The translations under genes were made by a program, and so were the position numbers. The notes beneath the pieces were generated by a model that had not been told where the DNA came from, did no database searches, and was given only the letters and a program-made list of their open reading frames with translations. Source: a virus (Duplodnaviria; Caudoviricetes). From it: a stretch of 64,000 nucleotides of DNA. The stretch spans positions 1 to 64,000 of IMG/VR virus record IMGVR_UViG_3300020045_004648; one strand, 5' to 3'. Numbering within the stretch: the stretch's first letter is position 1; the number at the start of each line of letters is the position of its first letter. This document shows positions 53,622 to 64,000 of the stretch, piece after piece.

Positions 53622-56399
53622 TTAGTTTATAATAGAATCTCTGGAGGGCACTGGAGTAGTGTCTCCGATATAATAAGTACTACTATAATTAATAGCACGT
53701 AGAGTAACGTATTGAGGATCAGTAATATCAACCTCTTGCACAAGATAAGCCATAGCACCTCGTGCAATATCTGCTGCAAAGCTAAAGATAGTACGGATAC
53801 CAGATTGCCCGTATTGAGTAACAATACTCTCTGTAGGAAGGCTGGTTAGTATCACCTTATTAGTGGCACTTCCTGCTGTACAAGTAATACTCTGCAAGCT
53901 ACCATCTCTTCGCATTAGCATAATGCTGTGGCTAGTGCTAGGAGTAAACTCCACGTTTCGGCTTAATGTAAGTTCTAAACCACTTTGATTCAGTACTTCA
54001 CCATCAAAGCTTTTGAATCGAGTGTTATCTACAATATCAATACGGCTGTTAGGTAGTAAACTACGAGCATCAAGAGTAGTAGTAGTTTCAATACTAATAC
54101 GTTGCCCTCGTAACTTAGCGTATTCTCGGCTAGCTCTGTACCAAGCTTGTGTGAAATTACGTATACCTGCAATCTCAAACTTCTTATACTTAGTAGCACT
54201 ACCATCCACGGGAAGACTAATTGTTTCGCTAGTTTCACTATCTGGGTCTACGTATACAAACTCTACACCGTCATAGTCAGCGTCGTTAGCAAACGTCCGA
54301 GTTATAGTTTCACTCTTTGGTTTTTTATTACGATGAGTAAATAAAGCAGTAGAGGAAGTTTGTAACTTATCAAACGCTAAACGTACCTTACCATTTTGCC
54401 TGTAGGCAATGCAAAAACCTGCATTAGCAATCAGTACTAAAGCCTCTTCAAAACTTGTGTTGTCAGAATCAAATGTATAATTGAACTGACCACACACTGG
54501 ATTCCATGCATCTAGTTGCTGCTGAACACTCCATATTTGTGACATATCAATAGTTGTAGCAAGATTGCAATTCCCGATCTTTGGGTCTGCACTAACAGCA
54601 CCAATGATGTCACATAGTTTGCTAGTAGCAGAGATAGTCCCTGAGATATGCAACCCATTCGCATCAAAGGCAGCACTTGCTGCACTGCCGTTGTATGTTG
54701 GAAGTAAGCGACTTGCAATACAATTAAGCTGGCGTGTCTTGACTGCTGTTGCACGGGTTGTGGCTTGAGTGACAGTATGTACTGTAGTTTTATTCCCGAA
54801 ATGCATTTTGCTCACAGGAGTTATACTGTACAAATCAGACCATTTTATTTCATCCATTACAGTACCACCCCATGCGTAGTCATAAGGAGTCGCCCTGCGC
54901 ATTCTCACCCTTGCTGGGCCTGTCCATGCTGTAGTATGTTCAACGGTATCTGCACGTTCATCAGTTACAGAGCCGGATAATGAACTTGTGACTGTTTCTA
55001 CTACACCTATTGGTATGAAGGTAGTGGCATTTAGCTTCTCAATTTCAATGTCAAACTCTACAGTAGCCGTTGATTTTCCACCGTTGTCTTTATACATACC
55101 ACTAGGTGCTGTAATATTGCACCACACTTGAGTACGATCTTTAGCTGGTAAAGTAACCCAGTCCGTCCACTCGGCTACATCGGCCACTTGGACACTGCAA
55201 ATCTTATCAAAAGAACGCGGCCATGTCGTACCCAGTAGAGTTACATTAGCGTCATCAATTATGTCTATCTCATACGTTCCACTATAGTTTTGCGGAGGGA
55301 TAGTAACTGTAACCGAAGGTGCTGTTTCATCAATCTGTAAACCTGTACTTACTGTAATCTCTCCAGACACCCACACTGAAAATGCAACAGACCCCGGAGT
55401 AAATGCTGTGACTGTAAATGTTCCATTATTACCAGGATTCACAAATCCTGAAATTGTCACACTATCTCCTACTTGGATACCGACAAAAGGGTTAGCTTCA
55501 GTATCTGAGTAAACTTTCGTCAGTGCCACTACTGAGACTTCACCAGTACTGGTAGGCTGATAATCCGTCATTGTAATTATCAGTTCATCACCAACACTAG
55601 CAATTGAGTTTAGGTTCGGTTGTCGAACTTCTTGTGTAATAGTTCCACTTACATCAAAATTATAAGTTGCGCTTGTTGGTAGTTGTATCTGATTGAGAGC
55701 CTTGAGTGTAATCCCATCGACTTCTACGGCCCTTGCTACTGTCAGCACATCATCAGTAATAGTATCACCAACTTGTAGTATAGGTGTACCACTGTTAGGA
55801 CTAGTGAATGGATGGTAAACAGCAGCACTAGCTCCTGTAATATCACTAATCAATGTATCACCATCCTGAAGGTCATCTACGTTGCAGTATCCACGGCTAA
55901 TGCAATAATACCCATATTCGTACTTCTTGTGGCTGATATACTTGTTATACGTTGGCATCATTAGACTAGGGATACTTTTTACTGTACCGTAAATGTCCTC
56001 TACTCGCTCAAGCATTCGTACTTTGTTCTCCCGAGATGCTAGTGCATTATTGGGACTACTTTGAGTGCGATTAAACAGTGCACCGGGCATCTCTGGCTTA
56101 GGAATGAGGAGTATAGCTGCTGTAGCCGCGATGGCTACCCATACATACCATGCCCAACTTGCAGGATCAAAACCTCCAGGGCTTTGCAGCACCGTGTAAA
56201 ACTCTGCATCACCTGCAATCAATGCACTGATGTTTTCAGTGATTTCACTCTCAGTACTTGGTTCACCAATAAACACTTGTACTTTTACTGCAGGTGTTTC
56301 CCCATAGTAATCTAACAACCACTGCGCAAGGCTAGGGGCTTCAATTTCTTGCGGTGCTGTAACAACAAAGGGGTTCTCAAATAGTATAATTCTCGTCAT
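53622..56399 (-). CDS. central tail tip / host-specificity protein (lambda J-like)
   Basis: 925 aa; ERVEDIYG.V...P, position after the NlpC gene. Confidence 0.85.
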   Translation of the reverse strand: MTRIILFENPFVVTAPQEIEAPSLAQWLLDYYGETPAVKVQVFIGEPSTESEITENISALIAGDAEFYTVLQSPGGFDPASWAWYVWVAIAATAAILLIPKPEMPGALFNRTQSSPNNALASRENKVRMLERVEDIYGTVKSIPSLMMPTYNKYISHKKYEYGYYCISRGYCNVDDLQDGDTLISDITGASAAVYHPFTSPNSGTPILQVGDTITDDVLTVARAVEVDGITLKALNQIQLPTSATYNFDVSGTITQEVRQPNLNSIASVGDELIITMTDYQPTSTGEVSVVALTKVYSDTEANPFVGIQVGDSVTISGFVNPGNNGTFTVTAFTPGSVAFSVWVSGEITVSTGLQIDETAPSVTVTIPPQNYSGTYEIDIIDDANVTLLGTTWPRSFDKICSVQVADVAEWTDWVTLPAKDRTQVWCNITAPSGMYKDNGGKSTATVEFDIEIEKLNATTFIPIGVVETVTSSLSGSVTDERADTVEHTTAWTGPARVRMRRATPYDYAWGGTVMDEIKWSDLYSITPVSKMHFGNKTTVHTVTQATTRATAVKTRQLNCIASRLLPTYNGSAASAAFDANGLHISGTISATSKLCDIIGAVSADPKIGNCNLATTIDMSQIWSVQQQLDAWNPVCGQFNYTFDSDNTSFEEALVLIANAGFCIAYRQNGKVRLAFDKLQTSSTALFTHRNKKPKSETITRTFANDADYDGVEFVYVDPDSETSETISLPVDGSATKYKKFEIAGIRNFTQAWYRASREYAKLRGQRISIETTTTLDARSLLPNSRIDIVDNTRFKSFDGEVLNQSGLELTLSRNVEFTPSTSHSIMLMRRDGSLQSITCTAGSATNKVILTSLPTESIVTQYGQSGIRTIFSFAADIARGAMAYLVQEVDITDPQYVTLRAINYSSTYYIGDTTPVPSRDSIIN

Positions 56400-56767
56400 A
56401 GTTTAGCCCAAAATTGCACAACTTCAAATGTATCATTGACTACACTTAAAGGTTCAAACATAGTAATTCCTGGCATAGCGTGCAGTACTGAACCATCGTA
56501 GTAGATGCCACAATGATGAATACCTACACGGGCGTGTTTAGCTAACAACACAATACACAAGTCAATAGGTTCAATGACTTGTACGAAACCATGATTACTT
56601 TTATGTATTGCAAGACGAAAGGCAGAGGCCATTTCACGTACTGACCTGTTAACAGTCTTGTAGTCAATCGGCAATGCCGAAAGTTCTGTGTTATATACGT
56701 CTGCCACCAATTCCCAGCACGGTTGAGGTCCGTAGGTCTTGGCTAGATAGTTATTGATATCAATCAT
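56396..56767 (-). CDS. NlpC/P60-family tail assembly protein
   Basis: CWELV...HCGIY...VLH. Confidence 0.85.
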   Translation of the reverse strand: MIDINNYLAKTYGPQPCWELVADVYNTELSALPIDYKTVNRSVREMASAFRLAIHKSNHGFVQVIEPIDLCIVLLAKHARVGIHHCGIYYDGSVLHAMPGITMFEPLSVVNDTFEVVQFWAKL

Positions 56768-57258
56768 AGAAAACCTCTTAACATAGGGATATCACGCGGG
56801 GTATAGAGTTCACCTGTGCGTGTAACGTTGAAGCGTGGGGCTACTGCACTGATATTGGCAGCACCCTTAATGAAACTTACTGACTCAACTTGTAGGGTAG
56901 CCGTAGCTTCTGCTGCCGTTAAGTCATCGCTTAAAAACTCCCGGTAAATAATGATGATCTTTTCAGTAGTATTAATCGGGATGCTATCCATTTCTGTACG
57001 GAACTCATCTTCAATATCTACTGTACCTAGACTGATTTCATATTTCTGATCTAAGTTCCCCGTTGACCCTGCTAGTTTGATTTCAATATTACAAGGCTGC
57101 ATAGTGTTTCCACCGGCCACTCCCACGTAAGGCTCACGCCATAAATGCCACACTTGGCTCATAGCACTATGACTGATTTGTAGCGTAGCAATAGAATGTA
57201 TAGTTTGTGGAGCACTTGCCAAGAAAGTACGCAAGCGTGTTTCTAAATCAAGACTCAT
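56764..57258 (-). CDS. minor tail protein (DUF1833/lambda L-like)
   Basis: Synteny Dit-L-NlpC-J; LYTP...P.L C-terminus. Confidence 0.75.
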   Translation of the reverse strand: MSLDLETRLRTFLASAPQTIHSIATLQISHSAMSQVWHLWREPYVGVAGGNTMQPCNIEIKLAGSTGNLDQKYEISLGTVDIEDEFRTEMDSIPINTTEKIIIIYREFLSDDLTAAEATATLQVESVSFIKGAANISAVAPRFNVTRTGELYTPRDIPMLRGFL

Positions 57259-57743
57259 GGTAAATCCAGAACTAAAGTATCTACATTAGCAAACTGAGCA
57301 AGTCTAGCAAGCAGTGCATTAGTATCTTCACCGTACTCATCATATAGGTCAACTAGACTTTGGCCGTCAGTTTCAGTCATATCATAAACCTGATTTTCTG
57401 CTTCTACAATAAAAGAAACAATACTTGTGTTTACATTAGCACGAGTTACAGAATATGAACCAGGAATAATAGTACTAGTATGCAGGCTCATACCAAAGCC
57501 ACTATCAAGGGGCATCTCAAAACTGATTGACCCCTTTTTAATGACATGATGATAGAACGCAGTCCATACTGAAAACCGCAGTTCACTCATAGCAAAAGTA
57601 ACACTGAAACGTTGCGGACCACGATCCCACTCCATAGCGTAGCGAGGTGCACCACCTGCAACTTCAGTACGCATTACGCCCCCCGGCTCGTCAATATTAT
57701 AGCTAGAGACGATAGGATATAATCCACTTGGTAATGTAGGCAT
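57255..57743 (-). CDS. distal tail protein
   Basis: RTEVAGG..R, F..FY...I.KG...F..PLD; follows the TMP. Confidence 0.78.
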   Translation of the reverse strand: MPTLPSGLYPIVSSYNIDEPGGVMRTEVAGGAPRYAMEWDRGPQRFSVTFAMSELRFSVWTAFYHHVIKKGSISFEMPLDSGFGMSLHTSTIIPGSYSVTRANVNTSIVSFIVEAENQVYDMTETDGQSLVDLYDEYGEDTNALLARLAQFANVDTLVLDLP

Positions 57744-60700
57744 TTATCGACTCCTTTGTATAGAGAAGTTACGGGACATCTGTTTGGATGTTTTACTGTT
57801 TGGATCAGACATTGCAGCGTTAATCCTTGCTTCAGCAGCTTGCGTTGCTTCTTCAATAATCAAAACACGCTCACCGTCACTCATGCGTTGTTCGGTTACT
57901 TTTCCGATCTTTGCGCTGGTGTTGTTGACGATTGTTATGGTGCTGCTGCCTGTATTACCATTCTTTGCCATATCACGGATGACATTAGCTTGTGGTTTTG
58001 GTAGCACCATTTCTTGTTCATGTAGTTGTGTCATTGGATTAACACCTGCGGGGATGTCGTAACCGCCCTCTGCACTGGCAACACTAGCCATTGCCATGGC
58101 AGACGTTGTAGCTGCGAAGCCTTCTGCGATAGCCGTTGCAGTAGCAGCTGCCCCCGGAGCCATAAGAGGCCCAATCATTGGTATCGCAGCAGTAGCGGCA
58201 AATGCATTTAGCCCAGCCATAGCAACCATAGCCTGAGACTCCATAGCCATGGTAGCAGCATACCCAGTTTGTGCAGTCTTATCAATCAGCAGTTTTTGAA
58301 TCTGAATCTTAATAAACGAAGTAATGAACGCATCGGCAACATTCATGGCTACACTTCGCAAGCTATCTTCTAGACTTTTACCTTGCAGAATAGCTGCTGA
58401 AATACTCGATGCTACACCATCAGTCATTCCTTGAAAAGCAGTAGTGAACATATCTGAAGTTGACTTAGCTATGTTTTGAGCTTCTGAGAAGTAATTAGCC
58501 ATTGCTTCAGATGCGCCAACTGTCCAATCAGACTCTTGCTTCAATCGTTCTGCGTAGTAAGAGTCATACTCAGATAAAGACGCCTCTTTAAACCGTTTAA
58601 TACGATCTAGTTCATTGTTGTACTTATCTTGTGCATCAGCACCAAATGTTCCATTAATCTCAGCATCACTCTTAGTCTTTTCTAGATTACGAAGTTGTAG
58701 AGAAAACTGGTCCTCTTTCTGGCTTCGACCGGATAAACGATTACGTTCAGCAGTTCCTAAACCTATTCCAGATAATTCACGGGTCTGAGCAAGACGTTGA
58801 GCATCCAGAGAAGATTGCGCAGCATATTCAGCATCCCTGTATGACTGTGCTAGTTTCTTGTTAGCATCTCCTTCTTGCAGAGATAGGAGAGTCATCTTGT
58901 GTGTAGATTTCTCTTTAGCAAGAGCAAGTTTAGCTGTTGCTTCTGCAATCTTCTTATCGTTATCAATCTTATCTGTACCTATAAGTACTTCTTTTTTAAG
59001 CCTATCTATTTCTTTTTGTAAAGCATCTTCACTGGCTTGATCAGTCAATTCAAGGAACATCTTTTTTGATGTGTAGTAGTCTTGCATATCAACAAGACCA
59101 GCACTACGCAATGCTTCTAGAACGGATTCACCATCAGAGTAGGCTTTTACTTCAGCTTCTGATGTCTTTCGGATGTTAGATATATCTTTGTCTAGTTGAT
59201 GCTTTGCAATATTTCCAGAGTCTAGTTTAGATGAACCTTTTTTCTGATTCTTCTTAAACTCAATACCAGCTTGCTTTTCTAGTAATGTTATCAGTTCAGT
59301 GTTGAGTTTAAGTTTTTCAACATCTACTCCTTTTTCCTTAGCTGCTTCTTTTAACTTATCCTCAACAAAAGACTTTCTAAAATCTGCAAGGGTTTGAGTT
59401 TTACCTGTTTCTTTTTCTATGGCATCCAAAGCACTCTTACGTATTTTAAGAGCAGCGTCTTCATACTTTGCGCTCTCTGCATTAGCAAGTTTGATCTTAT
59501 CTTCTTCACCTTGTAATCTAACAGTTGCACTGATTCTGGACTGGAGGATTCTCTCTTGATCTTCAAGTCCTTTCAGTTCATCACCTCTCCCGAGCGAACC
59601 AAATGTTTTTATTTCCTTTATCTTACCTTGGATAATCCCTAATTGATTTTCAAGCTGTCTTGATGGTGAAGTTGATAGAAACAAAGCCTTAAAAGTATCA
59701 CTGAAGAATTGTTTAATACCTTGACCAAGTTGAATTATAAACAAAGAAAAACCATTATAGTCTTCCTTCATTTGAGCTAACTTTTCTCTATTAACATCAG
59801 CATAAGTCTTCATAGCTAATGCAGCAGCATCAGAAGTCTTTCCTGCACGCTCAAGTTCCATTACCATCTTGATGATTTCAGGACTAACCATGCCGCTTGT
59901 CTTAGCGATTTCAAGCAAGGCTTCTACAGGTTTTTCTTTTAGCTTTGCAAATTCTTTTACGGTATCACCGATTGCAATACCAAAGCCTTTTTGCATCTGA
60001 ATTGCAGAATCACTTACAAGAAGAATTTCTTTAGATGTGAACGTACCTGCTTTAGCCATAGCTACTAAGGCTTCCGTGGCTTGCCCTGTGGTTGCACCGG
60101 AAGCAGCTAAGGTTTTGACGTAATCAATTACCTGAGCATGAGAGGCACCAATGGAACCACCAGATAAAGCGAAGGCTTTTGCTAGATCATTATTTTCTGT
60201 GATGACTTGTTTTATACCTACAGCAAGGGCAGCTAGACCTGCAATGATTACAAATATACCTGCACCGAAAGTTGCAGACGCCACTGTACCAAGAGTATTC
60301 AAGACTTTAGAGAATTGTGTAGCTCTGCCACCAACAAGAAAAAGTAAGTCATCAGTACTTTGGAGGACCTTGTTCATCCCGGTTACATTACCAATGAAGT
60401 TTGTTATACCTTTACCGGCGTCGTAGAATAGACCGAAGATCAGTCCAGTTAACCCCTTAGCAACGGTAGCCATTGCTGGCACCATACTATAAAATGCACG
60501 CTTAGTCGCCTCTGCAAATTTATCAGCAGCTACACCAGAGAGTTGAAAAATATCTAATATCTGACCAGATTGTTGCAGTAAAACAGTAAGTGGATTTTGC
60601 CCTGAGTATAATGAGACTCCAATATCGGTAAATTGTGCAGGCAGTGCCCGTGCTAAATGTTGCTCACTACGTTTTGCCTCTTGTGCTTGAACTTGAGCAA

Positions 60701-61601
60701 GTTGAATCTTATATGTAGAAAGTTTTTGTGTAACTACATCTTGTGCAAGTCCTGATTTACGTAAAGCAGATTCATACCTTACAAGTGAATCTGTTCCTGA
60801 CTTATCCAGAGCCATGTTGGAAGTGCTTAATGCAGCACTCATTTTTTGGTCTGCTGTGGTTAAATAATTAGTAGCATTTACAGCATCCTTACGGCTTTTA
60901 ATCACTGCATCTTCTGCTGATGTCATCTTATTGTAAGATGAAGCAAGAGTCACATATTCGTCATTGTGAGCACGGACAGCCTTACGGATATCTGAAAATG
61001 AAGCGCCTTCTACCTTCATCTTTTCAATCAGACGTTCTTTATCTCTAGCTAACTCCCGCGTTTGTTTTACAGACAAATTAGAATCTGTTGCGTACTGACG
61101 AACAGACTCTTTAAGTTCAGTGTATTGATTTTGGAGAGATTTGATACCTGACAGGGACTTATCAAATGGGTCTGAACCCATCAGCTTACGTTGAGTTTCT
61201 AATACTTTTCCAAGTTCATTAATATCAGCAGATACAAGTCCAGCGGCTTTGCCGTAAGCTAAAATACTTGACTGTCCCTTGGAGAACCCTTGAGTCTGAA
61301 ATTCAAGTATGTTCTTTTGGCGTTCAAGTATGCTCGTGTTTCTAGCCACTTCAGTGGCTGCACTTTTCTGAGCTTTTTCGGCGCTCTCAACAGCCTTAGC
61401 ACTTACTACCTGAGCTTTAGCATTATTAACAGCGGCAGATGCGTTGTCCTTAGCAGCCTTAGCAAGAGTCGCTTCAGTTCTTGCTGCGGTTTGAGATGCC
61501 TTGTCAAGTTTTGCCATACTACTGACGACACCCTCTAAGGCTTTACCGGCCCTCTCAAGGCCCGAAGTTTCGGTTTTGAAGACCAGTGTACTCAAGTCCA
61601 T
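57744..61601 (-). CDS. tape measure protein
   Basis: 1285 aa, Ala-rich helical, AQFTDI..SL..GQNPL.VLLQQ motif. Confidence 0.93.
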   Translation of the reverse strand: MDLSTLVFKTETSGLERAGKALEGVVSSMAKLDKASQTAARTEATLAKAAKDNASAAVNNAKAQVVSAKAVESAEKAQKSAATEVARNTSILERQKNILEFQTQGFSKGQSSILAYGKAAGLVSADINELGKVLETQRKLMGSDPFDKSLSGIKSLQNQYTELKESVRQYATDSNLSVKQTRELARDKERLIEKMKVEGASFSDIRKAVRAHNDEYVTLASSYNKMTSAEDAVIKSRKDAVNATNYLTTADQKMSAALSTSNMALDKSGTDSLVRYESALRKSGLAQDVVTQKLSTYKIQLAQVQAQEAKRSEQHLARALPAQFTDIGVSLYSGQNPLTVLLQQSGQILDIFQLSGVAADKFAEATKRAFYSMVPAMATVAKGLTGLIFGLFYDAGKGITNFIGNVTGMNKVLQSTDDLLFLVGGRATQFSKVLNTLGTVASATFGAGIFVIIAGLAALAVGIKQVITENNDLAKAFALSGGSIGASHAQVIDYVKTLAASGATTGQATEALVAMAKAGTFTSKEILLVSDSAIQMQKGFGIAIGDTVKEFAKLKEKPVEALLEIAKTSGMVSPEIIKMVMELERAGKTSDAAALAMKTYADVNREKLAQMKEDYNGFSLFIIQLGQGIKQFFSDTFKALFLSTSPSRQLENQLGIIQGKIKEIKTFGSLGRGDELKGLEDQERILQSRISATVRLQGEEDKIKLANAESAKYEDAALKIRKSALDAIEKETGKTQTLADFRKSFVEDKLKEAAKEKGVDVEKLKLNTELITLLEKQAGIEFKKNQKKGSSKLDSGNIAKHQLDKDISNIRKTSEAEVKAYSDGESVLEALRSAGLVDMQDYYTSKKMFLELTDQASEDALQKEIDRLKKEVLIGTDKIDNDKKIAEATAKLALAKEKSTHKMTLLSLQEGDANKKLAQSYRDAEYAAQSSLDAQRLAQTRELSGIGLGTAERNRLSGRSQKEDQFSLQLRNLEKTKSDAEINGTFGADAQDKYNNELDRIKRFKEASLSEYDSYYAERLKQESDWTVGASEAMANYFSEAQNIAKSTSDMFTTAFQGMTDGVASSISAAILQGKSLEDSLRSVAMNVADAFITSFIKIQIQKLLIDKTAQTGYAATMAMESQAMVAMAGLNAFAATAAIPMIGPLMAPGAAATATAIAEGFAATTSAMAMASVASAEGGYDIPAGVNPMTQLHEQEMVLPKPQANVIRDMAKNGNTGSSTITIVNNTSAKIGKVTEQRMSDGERVLIIEEATQAAEARINAAMSDPNSKTSKQMSRNFSIQRSR

Positions 61602-61638
61602 AATTTTCTTTCTTTACTGTCTTTGTTGTTTTTATGTA

Positions 61639-61667
61639 TTGACAACCTAAAAATTGTCTGATAGAGT
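61639..61667 (+). promoter_or_regulatory. sigma70 promoter of the moron
   Basis: TTGACA-17-TAGAGT, extended -10 TG. Confidence 0.75.
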
Positions 61668-61700
61668 CAAGCCTTCTTTTACCAACTAAGGAGTTTTCAA

Positions 61701-62000
61701 ATGAAGTTTATTAAATCGGCGATCATTGCACTCGTGCTGACTGCATCAACGGTAATCCATGCAGCAGGGATTGAGGAGACTTGTCAGGGATTTGTAGAGG
61801 CTGATGTGGCTGTTAGGCATCTACTTCAGATTAGCCCAGATGGGTTAGAAATCATGCTTCGCTCTACTGACAAAGAGAAAAACCCAAAGATTAAGTCAAT
61901 CATGCGTGAACGTATATTCTGGACATCCAATCGTTTAGATTTACCCGAAGATACTTTTCGTCGTCTTTCGTTTCTGCGTTGTTTTATTGTTATGCAATAA
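61701..62000 (+). CDS. moron-like exported protein, antisense to the tail operon
   Basis: Signal peptide MKFIKSAIIALVLTASTVIHA; AAGGAG SD; own promoter and terminator. Confidence 0.8.
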   Translation: MKFIKSAIIALVLTASTVIHAAGIEETCQGFVEADVAVRHLLQISPDGLEIMLRSTDKEKNPKIKSIMRERIFWTSNRLDLPEDTFRRLSFLRCFIVMQ

Positions 62001-62041
62001 TTCTTACTATAGAGTCTATAAGTAAACTACACAGTAAGAAC

Positions 62042-62062
62042 GCCCCTTGCGGGGCTATCTTT
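62042..62062. terminator. bidirectional terminator
   Basis: GCCCC-TTGC-GGGGC. Confidence 0.7.
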
Positions 62063-62439
62063 ATTTCTTCTTCAGTTCTTTTTCTTCTTGCTTTGAGTAG
62101 TGCCTCATGGCTACTCTATCAAATGCTTCAATGATTTCTATCTCGTAACTCTCAGGAGAAACATTAATGAGTTCAAAGAAGTTACGCATTTCGGTATAAG
62201 AAATTGCTGATATCCCCATCCCTGAAGGTCTACGGTTAGAAAGTCTTAGAAACCAATTCCAGTATTCCTTCATACAAGCAGGTAGTTCAACTAAGTTCTC
62301 TAACTCTTTAGGTACTTTCCGAGTCTGCCTTTGTACATTAAGTAAAGCAGCTTTTAGAGTATTACCATCAGGTTGTAATTCTGATAGTTGAAATTCCTGC
62401 TCTGCGTATTCTAGGGCTTGTTCTACGGCTTCAAGAACA
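62061..62439 (-). CDS. tail assembly chaperone, frameshifted C-terminal part (GT-like)
   Basis: In +1 frame to the upstream gene; no start codon in the ~55 codons after the overlap; LP....W.WF..L...R..G pattern. Confidence 0.75.
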
Positions 62440-62838
62440 AAAATTCTCAGAAGCGTTACTGACCTCCAGAACTTGAGCGCGAATCCAATCGTATTCTTCA
62501 AAGAGAGTAATTGCAGCTTCTACACTGAATGGAATATCAACACCATCCTTTTGGATTTTACGCCAAGAGATAACACGCATTGCTGCAGCTTCATTTGCGT
62601 TTTCAAGGTAGTCTTCTACAAGCTTAATCTTTGTTTCTTTATTGCCCTTACGTGCAGCAATAGCATCTTCTTTGAATTGTTGATTGATTTGCTTGCGTTG
62701 GTAAGCAACTACTTCTTTGCTGCGTTCGCCTCGAACGGTAATAAATCCATCAAGACCCTCACCTGTATCGGGGTGGGTAATCTCGAACTCGAAACCGTTC
62801 TCGGCTGCTTTTGCAAGGTTATATTTAGAAATGTCCAT
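62431..62838 (-). CDS. tail assembly chaperone (G-like)
   Basis: Start MDISKY with AAGGA SD; between tail tube and TMP. Confidence 0.85.
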   Translation of the reverse strand: MDISKYNLAKAAENGFEFEITHPDTGEGLDGFITVRGERSKEVVAYQRKQINQQFKEDAIAARKGNKETKIKLVEDYLENANEAAAMRVISWRKIQKDGVDIPFSVEAAITLFEEYDWIRAQVLEVSNASENFCS

Positions 62839-62865
62839 GTGTTTTCCTTTCAATTTGTTAAAACG

Positions 62866-62898
62866 AACAAAAGCCCTTGACTAAAAAGCGAAGGGCTT
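62866..62898 (-). terminator. terminator-like hairpin upstream of the chaperone
   Basis: AAGCCCTT/AAGGGCTT 8-bp stem plus U-tract on the minus strand. Confidence 0.65.
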
Positions 62899-62939
62899 AA
62901 GTACTTGATTGACTAGATTTTATTATCTATCAAGACTCT

Positions 62940-62968
62940 ATTATATCATATGGAAAACAAGAAAGCAA
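62940..62968 (-). promoter_or_regulatory. sigma70 promoter
   Basis: TTGCTT-17-TATAAT. Confidence 0.75.
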
Positions 62969-62992
62969 GGGAATTATTCAAGAGTACAAATG

Positions 62993-63029
62993 AAAAATCC
63001 TCCTAAAGCAATTAAGCTAAAGGAGGATT
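62993..63029 (-). terminator. intrinsic terminator after the tail tube gene
   Basis: AATCCTCCT/AGGAGGATT 9-bp stem plus U-tract. Confidence 0.75.
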
Positions 63030-63053
63030 ATATAAGAGTAGTTAGTTCGTCAA

Positions 63054-64000
63054 TTACAGAGTAGAATCCTGAATTGCAATAGTAGTTGCAGGGAGGCCTG
63101 CTGTAGTAACGGGATTTAGCAAGCCAACAAAACTATGTGATTGGATAATCCCAAGTTCTGCATCAGCTTTATCAGCAGAACCTACTTTAATTTTTGGAAT
63201 TGTAAAACTCATCACATCAGCATTTTTATCACTGCTGGTGGTGAATGCAACAACCAAAGAAATAGTAGACTCGTTATCAAAGTAATCACGGAACACAGCA
63301 TCAGTAAAATACGTGCTAAAATTGCCAGTGACACGGATTCGACCAGTGAACATATCAGCAGCTACATTCTGTCCAACTACATTAGCAGCCTCAAGCCCAC
63401 GTTCAATAGAAAAATCGGCTGCTGTTATTAAGCCAACAGGAGCACCATTAACAACCAAAGCACCAGAGACTGCTGCAAAGATACCTGTAGTACCTGCTGC
63501 TGTAGGGGATGTGTGATAAGCCGAAGTACCCTTGATCGAACGGTCGCGGCCTTTGAAAGTAATATCAGTAGTAACCAATCCCGAGGTCGGCAGTTGTACA
63601 GCTACTGTACCAACCTTGTTGCCAACGTAGACTTCTGATTGAGCAATATCGGAATACCACTCTTCAACCGTATACGCATCATCTGTATGACCAGTCAAGG
63701 GTGCATAGGTAACCTTACCACGGACAGTTGCAGTAACAGTAGAAATTGGGCCTTCAGCAACCAAAGTAGTGCTGGAAAGTACAGCAACAGTAGCAACAGT
63801 AGCAGACAAACCTACAGCCAAGAGGTTATTACTTACATTAGCAGCATTCAATCCTGCACCAGTAAGGGCAATTACATTACCAACGGTAACACCATCAGTA
63901 ATCCATGATCCAGATGCACGAGTTACAGTAAACAAAGTACCTGATGTAGCAATGGTAACTGACAAACCAGTAATAGCAGTCACTGCTGTAAAATCCCGAG
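63054..64000 (-). CDS. major tail (tube) protein, 5'-truncated by the window edge
   Basis: Frame open to position 64000; phage_tube-like FTVEEW, GRIRVTG...YF motifs. Confidence 0.88.
   Translation of the reverse strand, partial: RDFTAVTAITGLSVTIATSGTLFTVTRASGSWITDGVTVGNVIALTGAGLNAANVSNNLLAVGLSATVATVAVLSSTTLVAEGPISTVTATVRGKVTYAPLTGHTDDAYTVEEWYSDIAQSEVYVGNKVGTVAVQLPTSGLVTTDITFKGRDRSIKGTSAYHTSPTAAGTTGIFAAVSGALVVNGAPVGLITAADFSIERGLEAANVVGQNVAADMFTGRIRVTGNFSTYFTDAVFRDYFDNESTISLVVAFTTSSDKNADVMSFTIPKIKVGSADKADAELGIIQSHSFVGLLNPVTTAGLPATTIAIQDSTL

Noticed and set aside
1-64000. CRISPR array, DGR, retron, integrase or IS element
   Set aside because: No regularly spaced repeats, reverse-transcriptase motifs, recombinase or transposase were seen by eye.
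1-64000. Stop-codon reassignment
   Set aside because: All large genes are intact in code 11, TAA, TAG and TGA all terminate genes, and no suppressor tRNA is present. The single ATG-TAA case is isolated.

Overview
64-kb segment of an AT-rich, apparently strictly lytic tailed phage with a long non-contractile tail. The host is Gram-negative (spanins, SAR-type endolysin, sigma70 promoters). No integrase, repressor, CRISPR array or IS element was seen. There are four blocks. (1) 1-2.0 kb (+): ends in an orphan C5 DNA methyltransferase. (2) 2.75-21.2 kb (-): a promoter-dense pre-early/host-takeover-like cassette region (2.75-7.4 kb, possibly a long terminal repeat), ~45 small accessory genes, and a 414-aa minimal A-family (TV-Pol/T7-RNAP-like) polymerase with an N-terminal wHTH. 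(3) 21.4-49.4 kb (+): replication and nucleotide metabolism. It carries a primase-helicase lacking its Zn-binding domain, PolA split by an ORF-less 263-nt group I intron at motif C with a free-standing HNH endonuclease just downstream, SSB-like protein, 5'-3' exonuclease, EndoVII-like nuclease, dCMP deaminase, (p)ppGpp hydrolase, LMW phosphatase, HU, MazG, DUF5664, ThyX, class II RNR, tRNA-Arg(UCU) and an aberrant long-variable-arm tRNA. (4) 49.5-64 kb (-): lysis and tail genes, including a tail chaperone pair joined by an apparent +1 frameshift and an antisense moron. Strongest leads: a possible alternative priming system (mini polymerase plus ZBD-less primase), intron/HNH collaborative homing, two families of dispersed non-coding DNA motifs, an Ocr-like acidic protein and several unannotated structured RNAs. 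All family assignments come from motif recognition by eye; no database searches were run.
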